A stretch of 48,118 nt of DNA from an uncultured Porphyromonadaceae bacterium (GTDB lineage: Bacteria > Bacteroidota > Bacteroidia > Bacteroidales > Muribaculaceae). How positions within the stretch are numbered: the first letter of the stretch is position 1; each line of letters starts with the position of its first letter. This document shows positions 17,694 through 28,208 of this stretch, piece after piece. The position numbers were made by a program, and so were the translations under genes. Below the pieces are notes generated by a model. The model had not been told where the DNA came from. It saw only the letters and a list, made by a program, of their open reading frames with translations, and made no database searches. Where the stretch lies: positions 1 through 48,118 of the forward strand of contig URZG01000001.1 of the NCBI GenBank assembly GCA_900552325.1, read 5' to 3'.

Positions 17694-19415
17694 TTATCCA
17701 GGGTATTCTATTTCGTCATATTGACGTTTAGCCTTGAATGTAATGACTTGTCCAGTCTTAGCGAGGGATTCTCTATCAACAATGCAGTCCTGAGGGAATC
17801 TCGAAGCTATTTTCGGGATAAGCCAGCTATTGTTCCAAAGTGTCACAGGTTGCTCTGCTACAACTTTACAGAGTGGCATATCGTAGATGTCGCCCGCAGA
17901 CCAGTCATCGGTCGTGTGAGTAATATTCTGAAGCCATACCTGAAGGAAGGCTGAATTAGGGATGCGATATAGCTTTTTATAGATGAGTCCGATAATCTCT
18001 TTTTTCTTTTGTTGGTCTTTCGGTCGCATATCGGATAAGAGTTGGCTCGCTATCTTCAATGCATTATTCGCTGCGCGAAGATTGTTTGCGGCTATTTCTA
18101 CAGAGATTGCGACCATTGCAGAAATATTTTCCCACAGATGCCCTTTCCGTTCTTTAGTTTTCTTTTCTTTAGTTGTTTCGCCTGTCTCTAAATTGATAGA
18201 AACTTCATCGTAAGAAATAGTCTTTGTTGATAGTTGTTCTTCCACTCGTTTGCTGAACGCTTCTAGCTGAGTAACGAGTTGTCCTGAGTTTGGGAATCGT
18301 TTTGAGAATTCATAGATGAACAGAAGATGTTTCTGGAAACCGTCAAAGTCGTAACCACGCTCCTTTCGTTCGTGTCCATCCTCGTCCTTATATGTCTGCT
18401 TGCTTTCAATCGGAGTGTTGAAGATATAAAACGCCTTATCCGGCTTGATTGTATCTGTTATCAATTCGCTTGATGTTCTGGTCTTGGACGGATTCATTCT
18501 GAAATTGAACTTCTCAAGAATATGCTGTAGCATGTAAGAGACTTGTTCCAGCGCATCACGGTCGTTGCAGAAAATGCGGTAGTCATCAACATACCTCAGA
18601 ATCTCATATTCCAAATCTATTGGTAAAGTTCCTTCCTCCTTTGCTTTCGTTATCTCTTGTGCGAGAAGCATGTCGATATAACCAAGTATTATCTCGGCAA
18701 TCAAAGAGAATAATGCGCTACCTTGTGGAATACCAATATTCTTACCTTCTTGCATGGCTCTCAAGTAGCGTTGAATATCGGCCGCGAGCGCAGCATTATC
18801 ATCGGTTTGACACGGAGTATCCTTTCGCGCAAGAGCCCACGCGATAGATTCGGGATTGATTTGCCCAAAACAATTCGTTATGTCCGTTATAAACATATAA
18901 CTATACTTCAACGACAACTCGATAGATCGTTGCTCCATGGAGTTCCACCAGTTCAGTATGGACGTAGCACCCTTGAATGATTCGGGTTTATCATCAATCT
19001 TGACCATTGGAATAGCGCAAGCCGTGATATGCTCGCTACCAAACAACTTGAAACATTCCTTTATTGCGGACCATGATTTATCGCTGCATATATCGCGAGC
19101 AAGCATGTAATAGAGGAATGGATTGGCGAGAGTCAAAGGGCGCACCGCATACCGGCCATCCTTATTTGTTATTACATCAAGATTGACGCCACGCAATGAC
19201 TCTGGTTGGCAATCACCATTGACACATTCGTCAAGTGATTTGTTGCCTATGCTTTCGGCCGCGAATTTCAACACACCGGAAAAATCAAAGTATTCAGGTA
19301 GCTCTGTGGTGCAATAGAAATCATTGCTCATCAACGCATCAAGTGCATCCTTATCCGAAAGCTCAATAATGCGAACAGATTTCTTGGTTTTATCTTCCTT
19401 TTGGTTCTGATACAT
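17694..19415 (-). CDS. Abi-P2-family reverse transcriptase (abortive-infection polymerase)
   Basis: RT motifs TDITN, GIPQGS, RYVDD, NPSKT; Abi-P2-like signatures ELPEYFDF, KDGRYAVRPLTLANP, NWWNSMEQRS, FSKRFPNS, LWNNSW; long helical C-terminus. Confidence 0.85.
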   Translation of the reverse strand: MYQNQKEDKTKKSVRIIELSDKDALDALMSNDFYCTTELPEYFDFSGVLKFAAESIGNKSLDECVNGDCQPESLRGVNLDVITNKDGRYAVRPLTLANPFLYYMLARDICSDKSWSAIKECFKLFGSEHITACAIPMVKIDDKPESFKGATSILNWWNSMEQRSIELSLKYSYMFITDITNCFGQINPESIAWALARKDTPCQTDDNAALAADIQRYLRAMQEGKNIGIPQGSALFSLIAEIILGYIDMLLAQEITKAKEEGTLPIDLEYEILRYVDDYRIFCNDRDALEQVSYMLQHILEKFNFRMNPSKTRTSSELITDTIKPDKAFYIFNTPIESKQTYKDEDGHERKERGYDFDGFQKHLLFIYEFSKRFPNSGQLVTQLEAFSKRVEEQLSTKTISYDEVSINLETGETTKEKKTKERKGHLWENISAMVAISVEIAANNLRAANNALKIASQLLSDMRPKDQQKKKEIIGLIYKKLYRIPNSAFLQVWLQNITHTTDDWSAGDIYDMPLCKVVAEQPVTLWNNSWLIPKIASRFPQDCIVDRESLAKTGQVITFKAKRQYDEIEYPG

Positions 19416-19453
19416 AGCATCAATATTTAATGGAATTTTATACTTAGAACAGA

Positions 19454-21685
19454 TTAATGAAGAAACTGAGATAGCGATAAAGTCGTTATACCTAAAGCCG
19501 AGGCTCTGCTTTGCAGCATGTTGTCAGACGTTAAAAGAATCGCATGAGCTCCACCTCTATTATATTTCAATGCAACTGATAATATCTTGCAATCTGGATT
19601 CTTCTCATCGAAACCTTCGGGTAAAAGCGATACATCCGGTTCTTCCATTTTTGAGAATCTGTTCGAAAAAGCAGTGTTGATGTTTTTTGCTGCCTTAAGC
19701 AACCGAGACTGGTCAATCGACTTCTTTAGCTTCAGTTTGTCGAGTTCTTCTAATACCGTTGTAGGTATTACAATAGTATAGTTCTTACCAATTTTCGAAA
19801 TAATTTCCGGGCATTTCACAAATACATTAGTGTCTATGATATAGACATTATCCATGCCGTCTTTAAGTTCCCATCTTTGACGCTCGAACTGGCTCAGGTC
19901 AATCTTTGAAATAACCTTTATAGCAATGTCTTTAGTTGAAATGGTTTTGTTATCTCCATTTTTTATTTCAACGAAATTGTCCGGAAAAAGCTTTAGCAGA
20001 AATCTCCTTATTTCTAAAGGCATATATTGTTTAATCAATCGCTTATCGGCGATTATAATTGTCGAATATATTGCTCTGGATGTAGCGACATTGAATAGAT
20101 CAGATGCCAATGAATACTGTATCGAAGCATTCGGAATAAAAAATATACAGTAATCTACGGTTAAGCCTTGAACTCTATCAACCGTTTCGATGATAATATT
20201 CTCAGGCAACTCGCTTTTATTCAGGTTGATGACAAAATACTTCTGGATTTCTTTGACAGAAACTTTAAATTTAGAGAGAATGGCAATACGTGCTTTGGGG
20301 TTTTGGACCAAAATAGAACTTGCACATTCCCATATTTTTGAAATAGCGATATTAGTTTTTTTATCTCCAAACGGTAGCTCAAGATCAATTAAGACAGGAC
20401 CTCCATCCTGATTGAGATATGGTAGGGATAATGGCTCGGTTTGTTTGTCGGAAACTGAGCATAATTTCCCATCATAAAACGAGCCTGTAAATAAAGCTCC
20501 TCTCTTCGACAAGCGAAATGTGTCGCTCAACATATATGCAGGAAAACTCAGATTATCACACAAGGTTTTAAAGCCAGAAACCATTGACCACCAGTTATTA
20601 TCCGAGATTATTTCGTCAGTCATAGTAACTATCGGACACAACTGTGCCTGATCTCCAACCCATATAATTTTCTTTCCTAATTTTATCGTTGCTGCAATCA
20701 TAGGAAGGAACGCCTGACTTGCTTCATCCATTATCACATAATCAAATGGAACATTTTCTAGAAGATTTGCCCATTCCGAAGCTACATAAAATGTCGCCAG
20801 AGAAAGATGCCCGGCTGTTGCATTACATTCATTCTCGACAATCGGCACTAATCCTTTAACTTCCTTTACATCATCGATTGTAAGACTTGATTTAGAGACC
20901 TTGCCTGACTTTAAGAATTCTTTCAAATCATCCTTAAGAGCGACCTCCTTTAATGCTTGATTGGTAAGCGCAGTAACAAGAACGCTTGCATTTTCGTTGA
21001 GTAAAGAAGCTGTCAATTTGGCCATCCTATACGTTTTGCCAGTCCCGGGAGGGCCTTGAATCACCAAAAAATTATTTGTCTTAAACTTATCACTAATTAT
21101 AGCGTTCAAATCTTGTTTATAGTCAATAAGAGTAGGATTCCAATCACTTGTAGTAACGAATTCAAGGTCAAGGATGTTGGAAACAAGTCGATTGGATGAA
21201 TCTCTTACAATCCCCATTAAATTGAGAAGATATTTTAACGGCGGATCTTGGGGCCCAAAAGCCACAGCCGGACTTGACTCCTCCAATTTTTTGACAAAAC
21301 CAACCCCTAATCCCTTTATCCCCACAAGACAAAATTCCGGTTTGTCAGATTTACCAATCCACACGCATGACACGTCGGAGTAATCTATTTGATATTTCTC
21401 TCGCAGATCAGCCCAGGATAATTCGCCCCAATTTTTAAACTTATCCATTCCCTCGCCCAAAATAGACGCGGTCCAGAAAGAGTTCTTTCGAGGCATATTA
21501 TCGGATACTCGAACCTTAAAAATGGCTCGACCATTATCATCTACTTTCAAGAACAACGCGACGAATATTTCCCCTCGTTCTTTAAGTGTTTGGGCTTTTG
21601 TGCTGATTAACCGACCAAATGTATCCATTTGGTTATTATATTCGGTCTCAAGAAATTTGATGTAGTCAGTCCTATTGTATTTCAT
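19454..21685 (-). CDS. SF1 (UPF1/DNA2-like) helicase fused to C-terminal PIN ribonuclease
   Basis: QGPPGTGKT, DEASQ, VGDQAQLCP, TVDRVQG, FNVATSRA; PIN motifs IIDTNVF, VLEELDKLK, NPDCKIL, LLTSDNML. Confidence 0.88.
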   Translation of the reverse strand: MKYNRTDYIKFLETEYNNQMDTFGRLISTKAQTLKERGEIFVALFLKVDDNGRAIFKVRVSDNMPRKNSFWTASILGEGMDKFKNWGELSWADLREKYQIDYSDVSCVWIGKSDKPEFCLVGIKGLGVGFVKKLEESSPAVAFGPQDPPLKYLLNLMGIVRDSSNRLVSNILDLEFVTTSDWNPTLIDYKQDLNAIISDKFKTNNFLVIQGPPGTGKTYRMAKLTASLLNENASVLVTALTNQALKEVALKDDLKEFLKSGKVSKSSLTIDDVKEVKGLVPIVENECNATAGHLSLATFYVASEWANLLENVPFDYVIMDEASQAFLPMIAATIKLGKKIIWVGDQAQLCPIVTMTDEIISDNNWWSMVSGFKTLCDNLSFPAYMLSDTFRLSKRGALFTGSFYDGKLCSVSDKQTEPLSLPYLNQDGGPVLIDLELPFGDKKTNIAISKIWECASSILVQNPKARIAILSKFKVSVKEIQKYFVINLNKSELPENIIIETVDRVQGLTVDYCIFFIPNASIQYSLASDLFNVATSRAIYSTIIIADKRLIKQYMPLEIRRFLLKLFPDNFVEIKNGDNKTISTKDIAIKVISKIDLSQFERQRWELKDGMDNVYIIDTNVFVKCPEIISKIGKNYTIVIPTTVLEELDKLKLKKSIDQSRLLKAAKNINTAFSNRFSKMEEPDVSLLPEGFDEKNPDCKILSVALKYNRGGAHAILLTSDNMLQSRASALGITTLSLSQFLH

Positions 21686-24600
21686 ATATCTTCATCCTCT
21701 GCAGAAGTAATGGTAAGATCCAACTTTGAAGAAATGTCTTTTACCTTAACAGCATCTTTTGAAATGTGGAATTGATTAAAATCAAAAGTGATCTGCTGGA
21801 AATAGCGTAAAATAGATGCAAATTCCGAAATCTTATCGGGATATTTTTCTTCATCGAGATTAGACGTGTCGAAAGAAATCTGTATGCTTGATTGCTTACG
21901 GACAAGTTCGTCTTTTGGAATCTCAACAATATCTAATTCGCCTTTAAAATAAGTGTACACCAATAACTTAGCACGACGCTTTACTACTGCCTCCCATTCT
22001 TCCGGATTAATATGGAACCTCTCATCGGTTTTCTTATAGCTCTTTATTACGATTTCCATATTATTACCTTCTTCGTTTTGAACGGTCTCCACGGTAAAGC
22101 ACGACGGAGTCCCATCATCATTTCTTTCGCCAAAACCAATGGGAAAACTCCAATCAGGCCTTTTTGATTTAAGTGCTTGTTGGGCTTCAATCAATGCTGC
22201 ATATTGGTCCTTCTTAGACAAGCCTGTTGATGTTCCACCAATATGGACACTCCGACCACTCAATAAACGCTCTAACTCTTCGACACGAGATTTCAACGAT
22301 TCAATTTCCTCATTTTTCGCTTCTATCTCATCCTTCGAGATGGAAACTTTGCCCTCCATACAAAGTATGCGGTAATCATCCATATCAAATGGATTACTAG
22401 ATCGGGCGATGGTGAACAATAGGGGTGTTAGCTTCTCATTTCTATTTATATATAATTTCTTTGTATAAGAATTATAATAAAAATTTTCATCAGAATCCAT
22501 TTGCCCTATATGCACGCCATTATAATTGATATAATATGGCATACTACCGTCATATAAATAAATACGCAAATATTTCTTTTGTTTCCATATCTCATATTCT
22601 GGAGTCTTCCACTCTTGTGATAAAGATTCCAATTTATCAGAGTTGATGGTTCTCTTCAGATCTACACCTGATCTATTATAGAGGGAGTTGATTACCTCAA
22701 TTTGATTCTCTCCAGTGAGAGGGAAATTCAAATTTCTATAGGAGCAAACAAAAGATAATCCCTGCTTAATGACAGAAGAGGATAGATCGTCAAGAAAGCT
22801 TATTCTTTGATTTTCAATAAACAACCGTCGAAATTGAATTTCTTTTGATTCTCCGTCTCTAACTCCGACTTCGCATAAATACTTGTGATTCCTTTCATCC
22901 AAATTGGCCCACTCTTCAATTGCTGGAAGAATAGATTCGGCCTTAGAAATCATGGTATCATTGAAGTACAATCCTTTAAAGAACTTACCTAGATGATAGG
23001 TGAAAGGAGAAGAACTAACCGTAACTTGGTTCTTACATAAGAAATCGAGAATTTCACATATAAATTCATTGGTTTGTATTCCAAGATTTATATCGGGTAC
23101 ATATCGATTGTTCCACCCCATATTATGCCGACGATAGAAAGAAACAAACAGAAACTGTATGCCATTCCCTTTTGAATTCGGCCAAATCGGAAATTCTCTT
23201 TCAGGTAAAGACAATAGTTTGTTTATCTCAATATAGACTTCATTAAGAGGTTTGGGATGAGTTTTTAACAGCTTATCAAATCCCTTAGAAACTTTAAACA
23301 ATCGTCTAAGATCATGAATGCCAATAGTATTGTTGGCATAAACCGGCAATAGCTTAACCAAAGGTATTCTTACACTCTTTTCAGAATTACCTTCGGTATA
23401 CTTGCATATAATGGCTTCATCTATTGAGTACTCTGAGAATGATTTACCTCTATATATGATTTTTTTAGCAAAATCAGAAGGATCGGGAAGAACGGAAATT
23501 GCAAGATTAATTACCTTTGCTTCAAATGAATCCTCTTCATAAACTATGTCGTCATTCAAACTAAACGCATTGATTCTGTCAATGAATTTCGTTTTAACCT
23601 TCTCAGACGCTTCATAAACATTATTAATAAGATTACTTAAGTCAGTATTTGACTGGGCCTCATCAATAAGGTTAATTAAATAAGCCTCGCTATCAGTTGT
23701 ATTATACGATAATAGTTCCGATGGTGTTAGACCTAAAACATTTCTATTCTCCCAAATTACTCTATCAAACTCATCATTTGACGGTATTAAATACTTCTGA
23801 ATTTCTGCAACATTTTCCTCTTCTGAAATCATATAGTCAGCGAGGAAAGACGGAGCGGATTCCTTATACGACACCATTGAGGCTAAAGGCGTAGGAATTG
23901 ACTTTACATTATTGAACAAAGGTAGAGCTCCTATTGATTTATCCCCAATCTTAGATAACCCATCTAGGTACTTTACTAGAAGTAATTTATCATTTATAGA
24001 AAGGGGATAATCGAAAACTTTAATGTTACCATCGTTCGTTATACTCACGATGTTTTCGGCTATGATGGATAGCTTTTGTGAGATTAGTTCAAATACCTCT
24101 TGGTCAGATTGCTGAAGATATATACTCAATATATTATCCTCGTCAATAATTAGTGTCTTTAGCCCAATGGCATTTAGTATCTTCTCAATATATGAAACGC
24201 TATATTTAAGGAAAACATAATTATTCGATGATTGTAATTGTTCAATAGAAACTAATCCTTCTTCAGCAATTACAATACGTAATTGTTTTACAAAATCTTC
24301 ATTAACGTCATTCTCATGAAGCCAGATGAGCAGAGCATTCTGTGCGTCAGAATTCGCAGAATTTATCCAATCTTGTACAATATTTAAATTTTTTGCCATT
24401 GCTTCCACGGCAGCTTCAACATCAACTTGTTGAATTCCAAAAATCGCATTACTTAGGATTGATGCATCAATCGAACCTAAAGGCTGACGTTTTCCATTGT
24501 TATACAACGCGTAAAATAATTCAGATGAAACTTCTTCAGTAATGCCGGACTTGTCAATTATCAATTCTTGAGTCGTAACTTTAGCCCCAAAGTCGTTGAT

Positions 24601-27600
24601 AACAAAGGGAATGTTAAGAAGACATTCCTCATATCCACGATTAAATGCTCGGCTCAGTTTTTCCGTTTCTTGATTAGTTTCATCAAACGGATTTGCAAGC
24701 AGAAGATTCAAATAACTCTTCTGCGAGGCCGAAGCTACATTACAAACAGCGTGAACCAATTGACGTCCCATATGGTAGAATAAAAATTCATTCCATGGGC
24801 TATCTGCCTTGACACCTTCTCTATCAGAATGTAAATCAAAGTCTGCGTTTACATAGAGGGGTAGTTTGAACCGGTGTTCATTCATAGGAAGATATGAATA
24901 GAAACAAGAATCCAAACTTTTTGATGATATATCAAGCGGATGTATCAGACCATTTTCATCTGTCCTTATAGCAAAACTAATTTCGATAGAGTCTGCTGAA
25001 GCTAATCTATCTGGAATATCACTTATCTCTGATTGTATTTCGCCTTGTTCATCAATATGAACTAAAATGGTCTCTTCTATTCCGGCACTATTAGTTCGTG
25101 TTGCTCTCTTTATAAGAATTCCTGCCGAAGCAAATACCTCATTATTGACAAGTATTAGTCCTGAATTCTCAATGTGGAATGTTTCTTTTGGGTTATTTTC
25201 AATAACATTGTTTAACAATGTTACATTGGCATTGCTATCAACAATCTTTTTTACAGAAGAATAATGATGTTGTCCATCTTTATATTGGATTCTACTTGTA
25301 CGCCTCATGAAAAGCATGAACTTAGGATGTTGAAGAATCTCCATCAAAGCGAGATGATATTCTTCAAGCATCTTTTTATCCATGCGCAAAGCAATCGATA
25401 CATTGGAAGTCGTTGAGAAGATGGTGTGCTCTAATTCATGAGGCTTTGATTCCTGCCAAATAGGTAGCAACTGCCAAGGAATATCTTTAACTCCATGAAA
25501 GTCCCGACATTCCAATTCAAACTGTTCTAAAAATTGTTGCTGCTTTAAAGGTTCGTTTTCATATCCATTGATAAAGAAATAGAATCTCTTAAAGTCATTA
25601 TATAGAGAAAAACTTTTATTAAAAGCAAACTTAAAACCTCCGCTAAAGATAGTTACTTCAGTAGAGTTGGTAAATACGGATTTGAAGCCAATACCCTTAT
25701 AACCAGTCTTCTTTTTGCTTGCGCTCTTTGTACTTTTTGCAGCAGATATTATTGAATCAAAATCCTGTTTGCTGAATGGCATTCCATTGTGAGCAAGAAT
25801 AAAATGTGTGTCAGATAACTCAAATTTCACTTGTGTTCCTGATTCAGCGGCACAATCATCCGCATTTTGGAGTAATTCAAAGAACATCCTTCGTTTGCTT
25901 GAATATAATCCTTGTCCAACTGTGTCCAGCAAGTTAGCGAGTGACGAGTTTGAACTAGGACTCGTCTGCTTCTTGAACGATTGTGAGACAATACGCTCAT
26001 AAGGATTATCAACTTCAACGATATCCGGACTATCTACACTGAAGAGATATGGTGTGCCACTCTTCTTTCGATAATCGTAAAACGATAGATTGAGTTGCAG
26101 TGTATAAAATCTTCCCTCCAACACAAGATTACGCAGTCGGTTGTTTACATAGACCATAATTCGTAATCCAGAAATCGGGTCAACCAGTAGCTTGCCATTA
26201 TCCGGATTGCCAATTTCACTTACGACCATAAGATTGGTCGCGAAATATGCTTCACCGATTTTGATTACCTTTCCAATGAATTTATTTGTATTGATACCCA
26301 TTGTGAGAAGCAACTCTTCCAAAGATTTGTCATACAACTCTTCTGGGTATTTATTATCACTTATAGCCTTCCTCGAAAGGATTATTTTGCCGTTTTCAGT
26401 GCCTAAATAGACAACTGAGATCGGTTCTCCCACAAATACTTCATCTTCCGCAGAAAGGACTTTGTTAATAGACAATTCTTCTTTAGCAATGAATTCCGAA
26501 TAATCATCTGTTATTTTTACAAAGATGCCGGCTTTCGTGATTTCCTCAACAACCACCTCCAGGATAGTCCCTTTGTCAAGTTTTGAGGTAATGCTTTCAA
26601 TACATTCTCGACGCCTTTTTACAAAAGCCATCTTCTCAGCTTTTTTCTCTTCTTGGAGACGCTGTTGCTCTAATTCTTTCTCAGCTCTCTCAATCGGACG
26701 CATGTCGAAAGATACTAGTCTTGAGGTCTCATTTTGCCCAATATACACAAAAGGTATAAACTCGTTGATAGATTCACCATTAGATATTTTGTCTTTATAA
26801 CATTTCGATAAATGCTTTAATGGAACAAGCGCACGCAAATTCCCATGTTTAACAAGAACATAAGATTTCCCATTCTTACTAACGGTATCTAATATTCTGA
26901 GATTAATTATATCTCCGACATTGTGTAATTTGGCAAATTCATCATGAAATGAACGTTGACTAATAGAAATATCACGTCGGTATTTTTCCGAATTCCATTC
27001 ATTATTTGATACAGTTGCAATTACCATATCAGATTCACTAAGATCTTTTGATATAGCTTCTGAAAAAGGAAGAACTGCTTTGATATCATTTACCTGTATA
27101 AGATATGCGTTATTCCAAACTTGAATAACATGTCCGACAACTACGTCTCCTGTCCGAAGATAAGAATGTTTCTTATGTAGCTGCTTATAACCTAATTGGA
27201 TTCTTTGATCGGAGTCAACTTCCAATATTACTGCATTTATTTCATCTCCATGACGAAGTACGTCGCCAGGATGTTCTATTTTATCCCAAGCAAGGTTAGA
27301 AATATGTATCAATCCAGTTCTGTCATCGAAGTCGACAAACGCACCAAAATTCGTAACATGATGAACAATCCCTGTAATCACTTCGTTCTTAACCCACCAT
27401 TCGTCACTAGACGCATTCGACAGGTCAGAAATTTCAATTTTTAGTTCCGGTTTGGGGGTCGGTTTTATGGACATTTCTTCTCCTGGTACAAACCATTTTT
27501 TGTAGATGGAATCTGCTGGAGTAATAGCATCTTTTGCATAACGGACATTTGTAAATCTAACCCTTTTGGTTGTCGTATGATAAGCAATAAGCTCACCTTC

Positions 27601-27807
27601 TCTCGTCTTAAATATAAATACAGTATTACCTCTCAATACGGAAAGGAATGATTCTTGTATTCGGACATTCTCTTCTAAAGAGACGAGTGACTTTTGTAAT
27701 AGAGGCGCTAATTCCGCTGCTTCAGCCATTCGTTCGTTTTCGGGATTAAGCTTAACGTTTTCTGAAGAATAATATCCAATTAGTCTTATTTCATGAATCG
27801 GATTCAT
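21682..27807 (-). CDS. Giant protein: about four S1 RNA-binding domains, sacsin/NOV-type HATPase, long helical region, possible DUF3883-like C-terminus
   Basis: S1 GIVHHVTNFGAFVDF..GLIHISNL and three further repeats; GHKL motifs FELLQNADD, HNGMPFS, TGYKGIGFKSVF; C-terminal IKS..RFHINPEEW. Confidence 0.8.
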   Translation of the reverse strand: MNPIHEIRLIGYYSSENVKLNPENERMAEAAELAPLLQKSLVSLEENVRIQESFLSVLRGNTVFIFKTREGELIAYHTTTKRVRFTNVRYAKDAITPADSIYKKWFVPGEEMSIKPTPKPELKIEISDLSNASSDEWWVKNEVITGIVHHVTNFGAFVDFDDRTGLIHISNLAWDKIEHPGDVLRHGDEINAVILEVDSDQRIQLGYKQLHKKHSYLRTGDVVVGHVIQVWNNAYLIQVNDIKAVLPFSEAISKDLSESDMVIATVSNNEWNSEKYRRDISISQRSFHDEFAKLHNVGDIINLRILDTVSKNGKSYVLVKHGNLRALVPLKHLSKCYKDKISNGESINEFIPFVYIGQNETSRLVSFDMRPIERAEKELEQQRLQEEKKAEKMAFVKRRRECIESITSKLDKGTILEVVVEEITKAGIFVKITDDYSEFIAKEELSINKVLSAEDEVFVGEPISVVYLGTENGKIILSRKAISDNKYPEELYDKSLEELLLTMGINTNKFIGKVIKIGEAYFATNLMVVSEIGNPDNGKLLVDPISGLRIMVYVNNRLRNLVLEGRFYTLQLNLSFYDYRKKSGTPYLFSVDSPDIVEVDNPYERIVSQSFKKQTSPSSNSSLANLLDTVGQGLYSSKRRMFFELLQNADDCAAESGTQVKFELSDTHFILAHNGMPFSKQDFDSIISAAKSTKSASKKKTGYKGIGFKSVFTNSTEVTIFSGGFKFAFNKSFSLYNDFKRFYFFINGYENEPLKQQQFLEQFELECRDFHGVKDIPWQLLPIWQESKPHELEHTIFSTTSNVSIALRMDKKMLEEYHLALMEILQHPKFMLFMRRTSRIQYKDGQHHYSSVKKIVDSNANVTLLNNVIENNPKETFHIENSGLILVNNEVFASAGILIKRATRTNSAGIEETILVHIDEQGEIQSEISDIPDRLASADSIEISFAIRTDENGLIHPLDISSKSLDSCFYSYLPMNEHRFKLPLYVNADFDLHSDREGVKADSPWNEFLFYHMGRQLVHAVCNVASASQKSYLNLLLANPFDETNQETEKLSRAFNRGYEECLLNIPFVINDFGAKVTTQELIIDKSGITEEVSSELFYALYNNGKRQPLGSIDASILSNAIFGIQQVDVEAAVEAMAKNLNIVQDWINSANSDAQNALLIWLHENDVNEDFVKQLRIVIAEEGLVSIEQLQSSNNYVFLKYSVSYIEKILNAIGLKTLIIDEDNILSIYLQQSDQEVFELISQKLSIIAENIVSITNDGNIKVFDYPLSINDKLLLVKYLDGLSKIGDKSIGALPLFNNVKSIPTPLASMVSYKESAPSFLADYMISEEENVAEIQKYLIPSNDEFDRVIWENRNVLGLTPSELLSYNTTDSEAYLINLIDEAQSNTDLSNLINNVYEASEKVKTKFIDRINAFSLNDDIVYEEDSFEAKVINLAISVLPDPSDFAKKIIYRGKSFSEYSIDEAIICKYTEGNSEKSVRIPLVKLLPVYANNTIGIHDLRRLFKVSKGFDKLLKTHPKPLNEVYIEINKLLSLPEREFPIWPNSKGNGIQFLFVSFYRRHNMGWNNRYVPDINLGIQTNEFICEILDFLCKNQVTVSSSPFTYHLGKFFKGLYFNDTMISKAESILPAIEEWANLDERNHKYLCEVGVRDGESKEIQFRRLFIENQRISFLDDLSSSVIKQGLSFVCSYRNLNFPLTGENQIEVINSLYNRSGVDLKRTINSDKLESLSQEWKTPEYEIWKQKKYLRIYLYDGSMPYYINYNGVHIGQMDSDENFYYNSYTKKLYINRNEKLTPLLFTIARSSNPFDMDDYRILCMEGKVSISKDEIEAKNEEIESLKSRVEELERLLSGRSVHIGGTSTGLSKKDQYAALIEAQQALKSKRPDWSFPIGFGERNDDGTPSCFTVETVQNEEGNNMEIVIKSYKKTDERFHINPEEWEAVVKRRAKLLVYTYFKGELDIVEIPKDELVRKQSSIQISFDTSNLDEEKYPDKISEFASILRYFQQITFDFNQFHISKDAVKVKDISSKLDLTITSAEDEDI

Positions 27808-27881
27808 ACTATATTACAAATTTTTGAACATCGAGTAATGATGCTATCAAAAGAAGTTATGCAATGAGAAATGGTTTTAAA

Positions 27882-28094
27882 TTAAGAGTGTATCAGATCT
27901 TTGATATTGGCTTCTAAGGTTTTCGCTATCTCATGTAAAGTATACAAATCCGGCTGAGAAGTGTTGGTGCACCATTTGGAGACAGTGACGGGGTCTTTGC
28001 CTAATTGCTCGGCGAGCCATTTGCCAGTGTGTCCGGTTTCTGCCAATACTGCTTTTATCCTGTTTAGCTTTTGTCGTTCTGTTTTTGTCTCCAT
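27882..28094 (-). CDS. XRE-family HTH transcriptional regulator
   Basis: LNRIKAVLAE..WLAEQLGKDPVTVSKWCTNTSQPDL; ATG at 28094. Confidence 0.9.
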   Translation of the reverse strand: METKTERQKLNRIKAVLAETGHTGKWLAEQLGKDPVTVSKWCTNTSQPDLYTLHEIAKTLEANIKDLIHS

Positions 28095-28118
28095 TGATTG
28101 ATTTATTAAATTTGAACG

Positions 28119-28126
28119 CAAAGTTA
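28119..28126 (-). promoter_or_regulatory. -7 element upstream of the XRE-led defence operon
   Basis: TAACTTTG on minus strand 25 bp upstream of the XRE ATG. Confidence 0.6.
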
Positions 28127-28208
28127 CTAAAGATAAATGAGACGGCAAGCGATTATGCTGTATAACATATTCGCTTGCAGTCACATTTTTCCGCAGGGTT
28201 AGGGGAAT

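Noticed and set aside
17694..19453. RT as a retron, DGR or group II intron
   Set aside because: No VTG retron motif, only 38 bp upstream, no template/variable repeat pair seen, no maturase domain or intron RNA; signatures fit Abi-P2.
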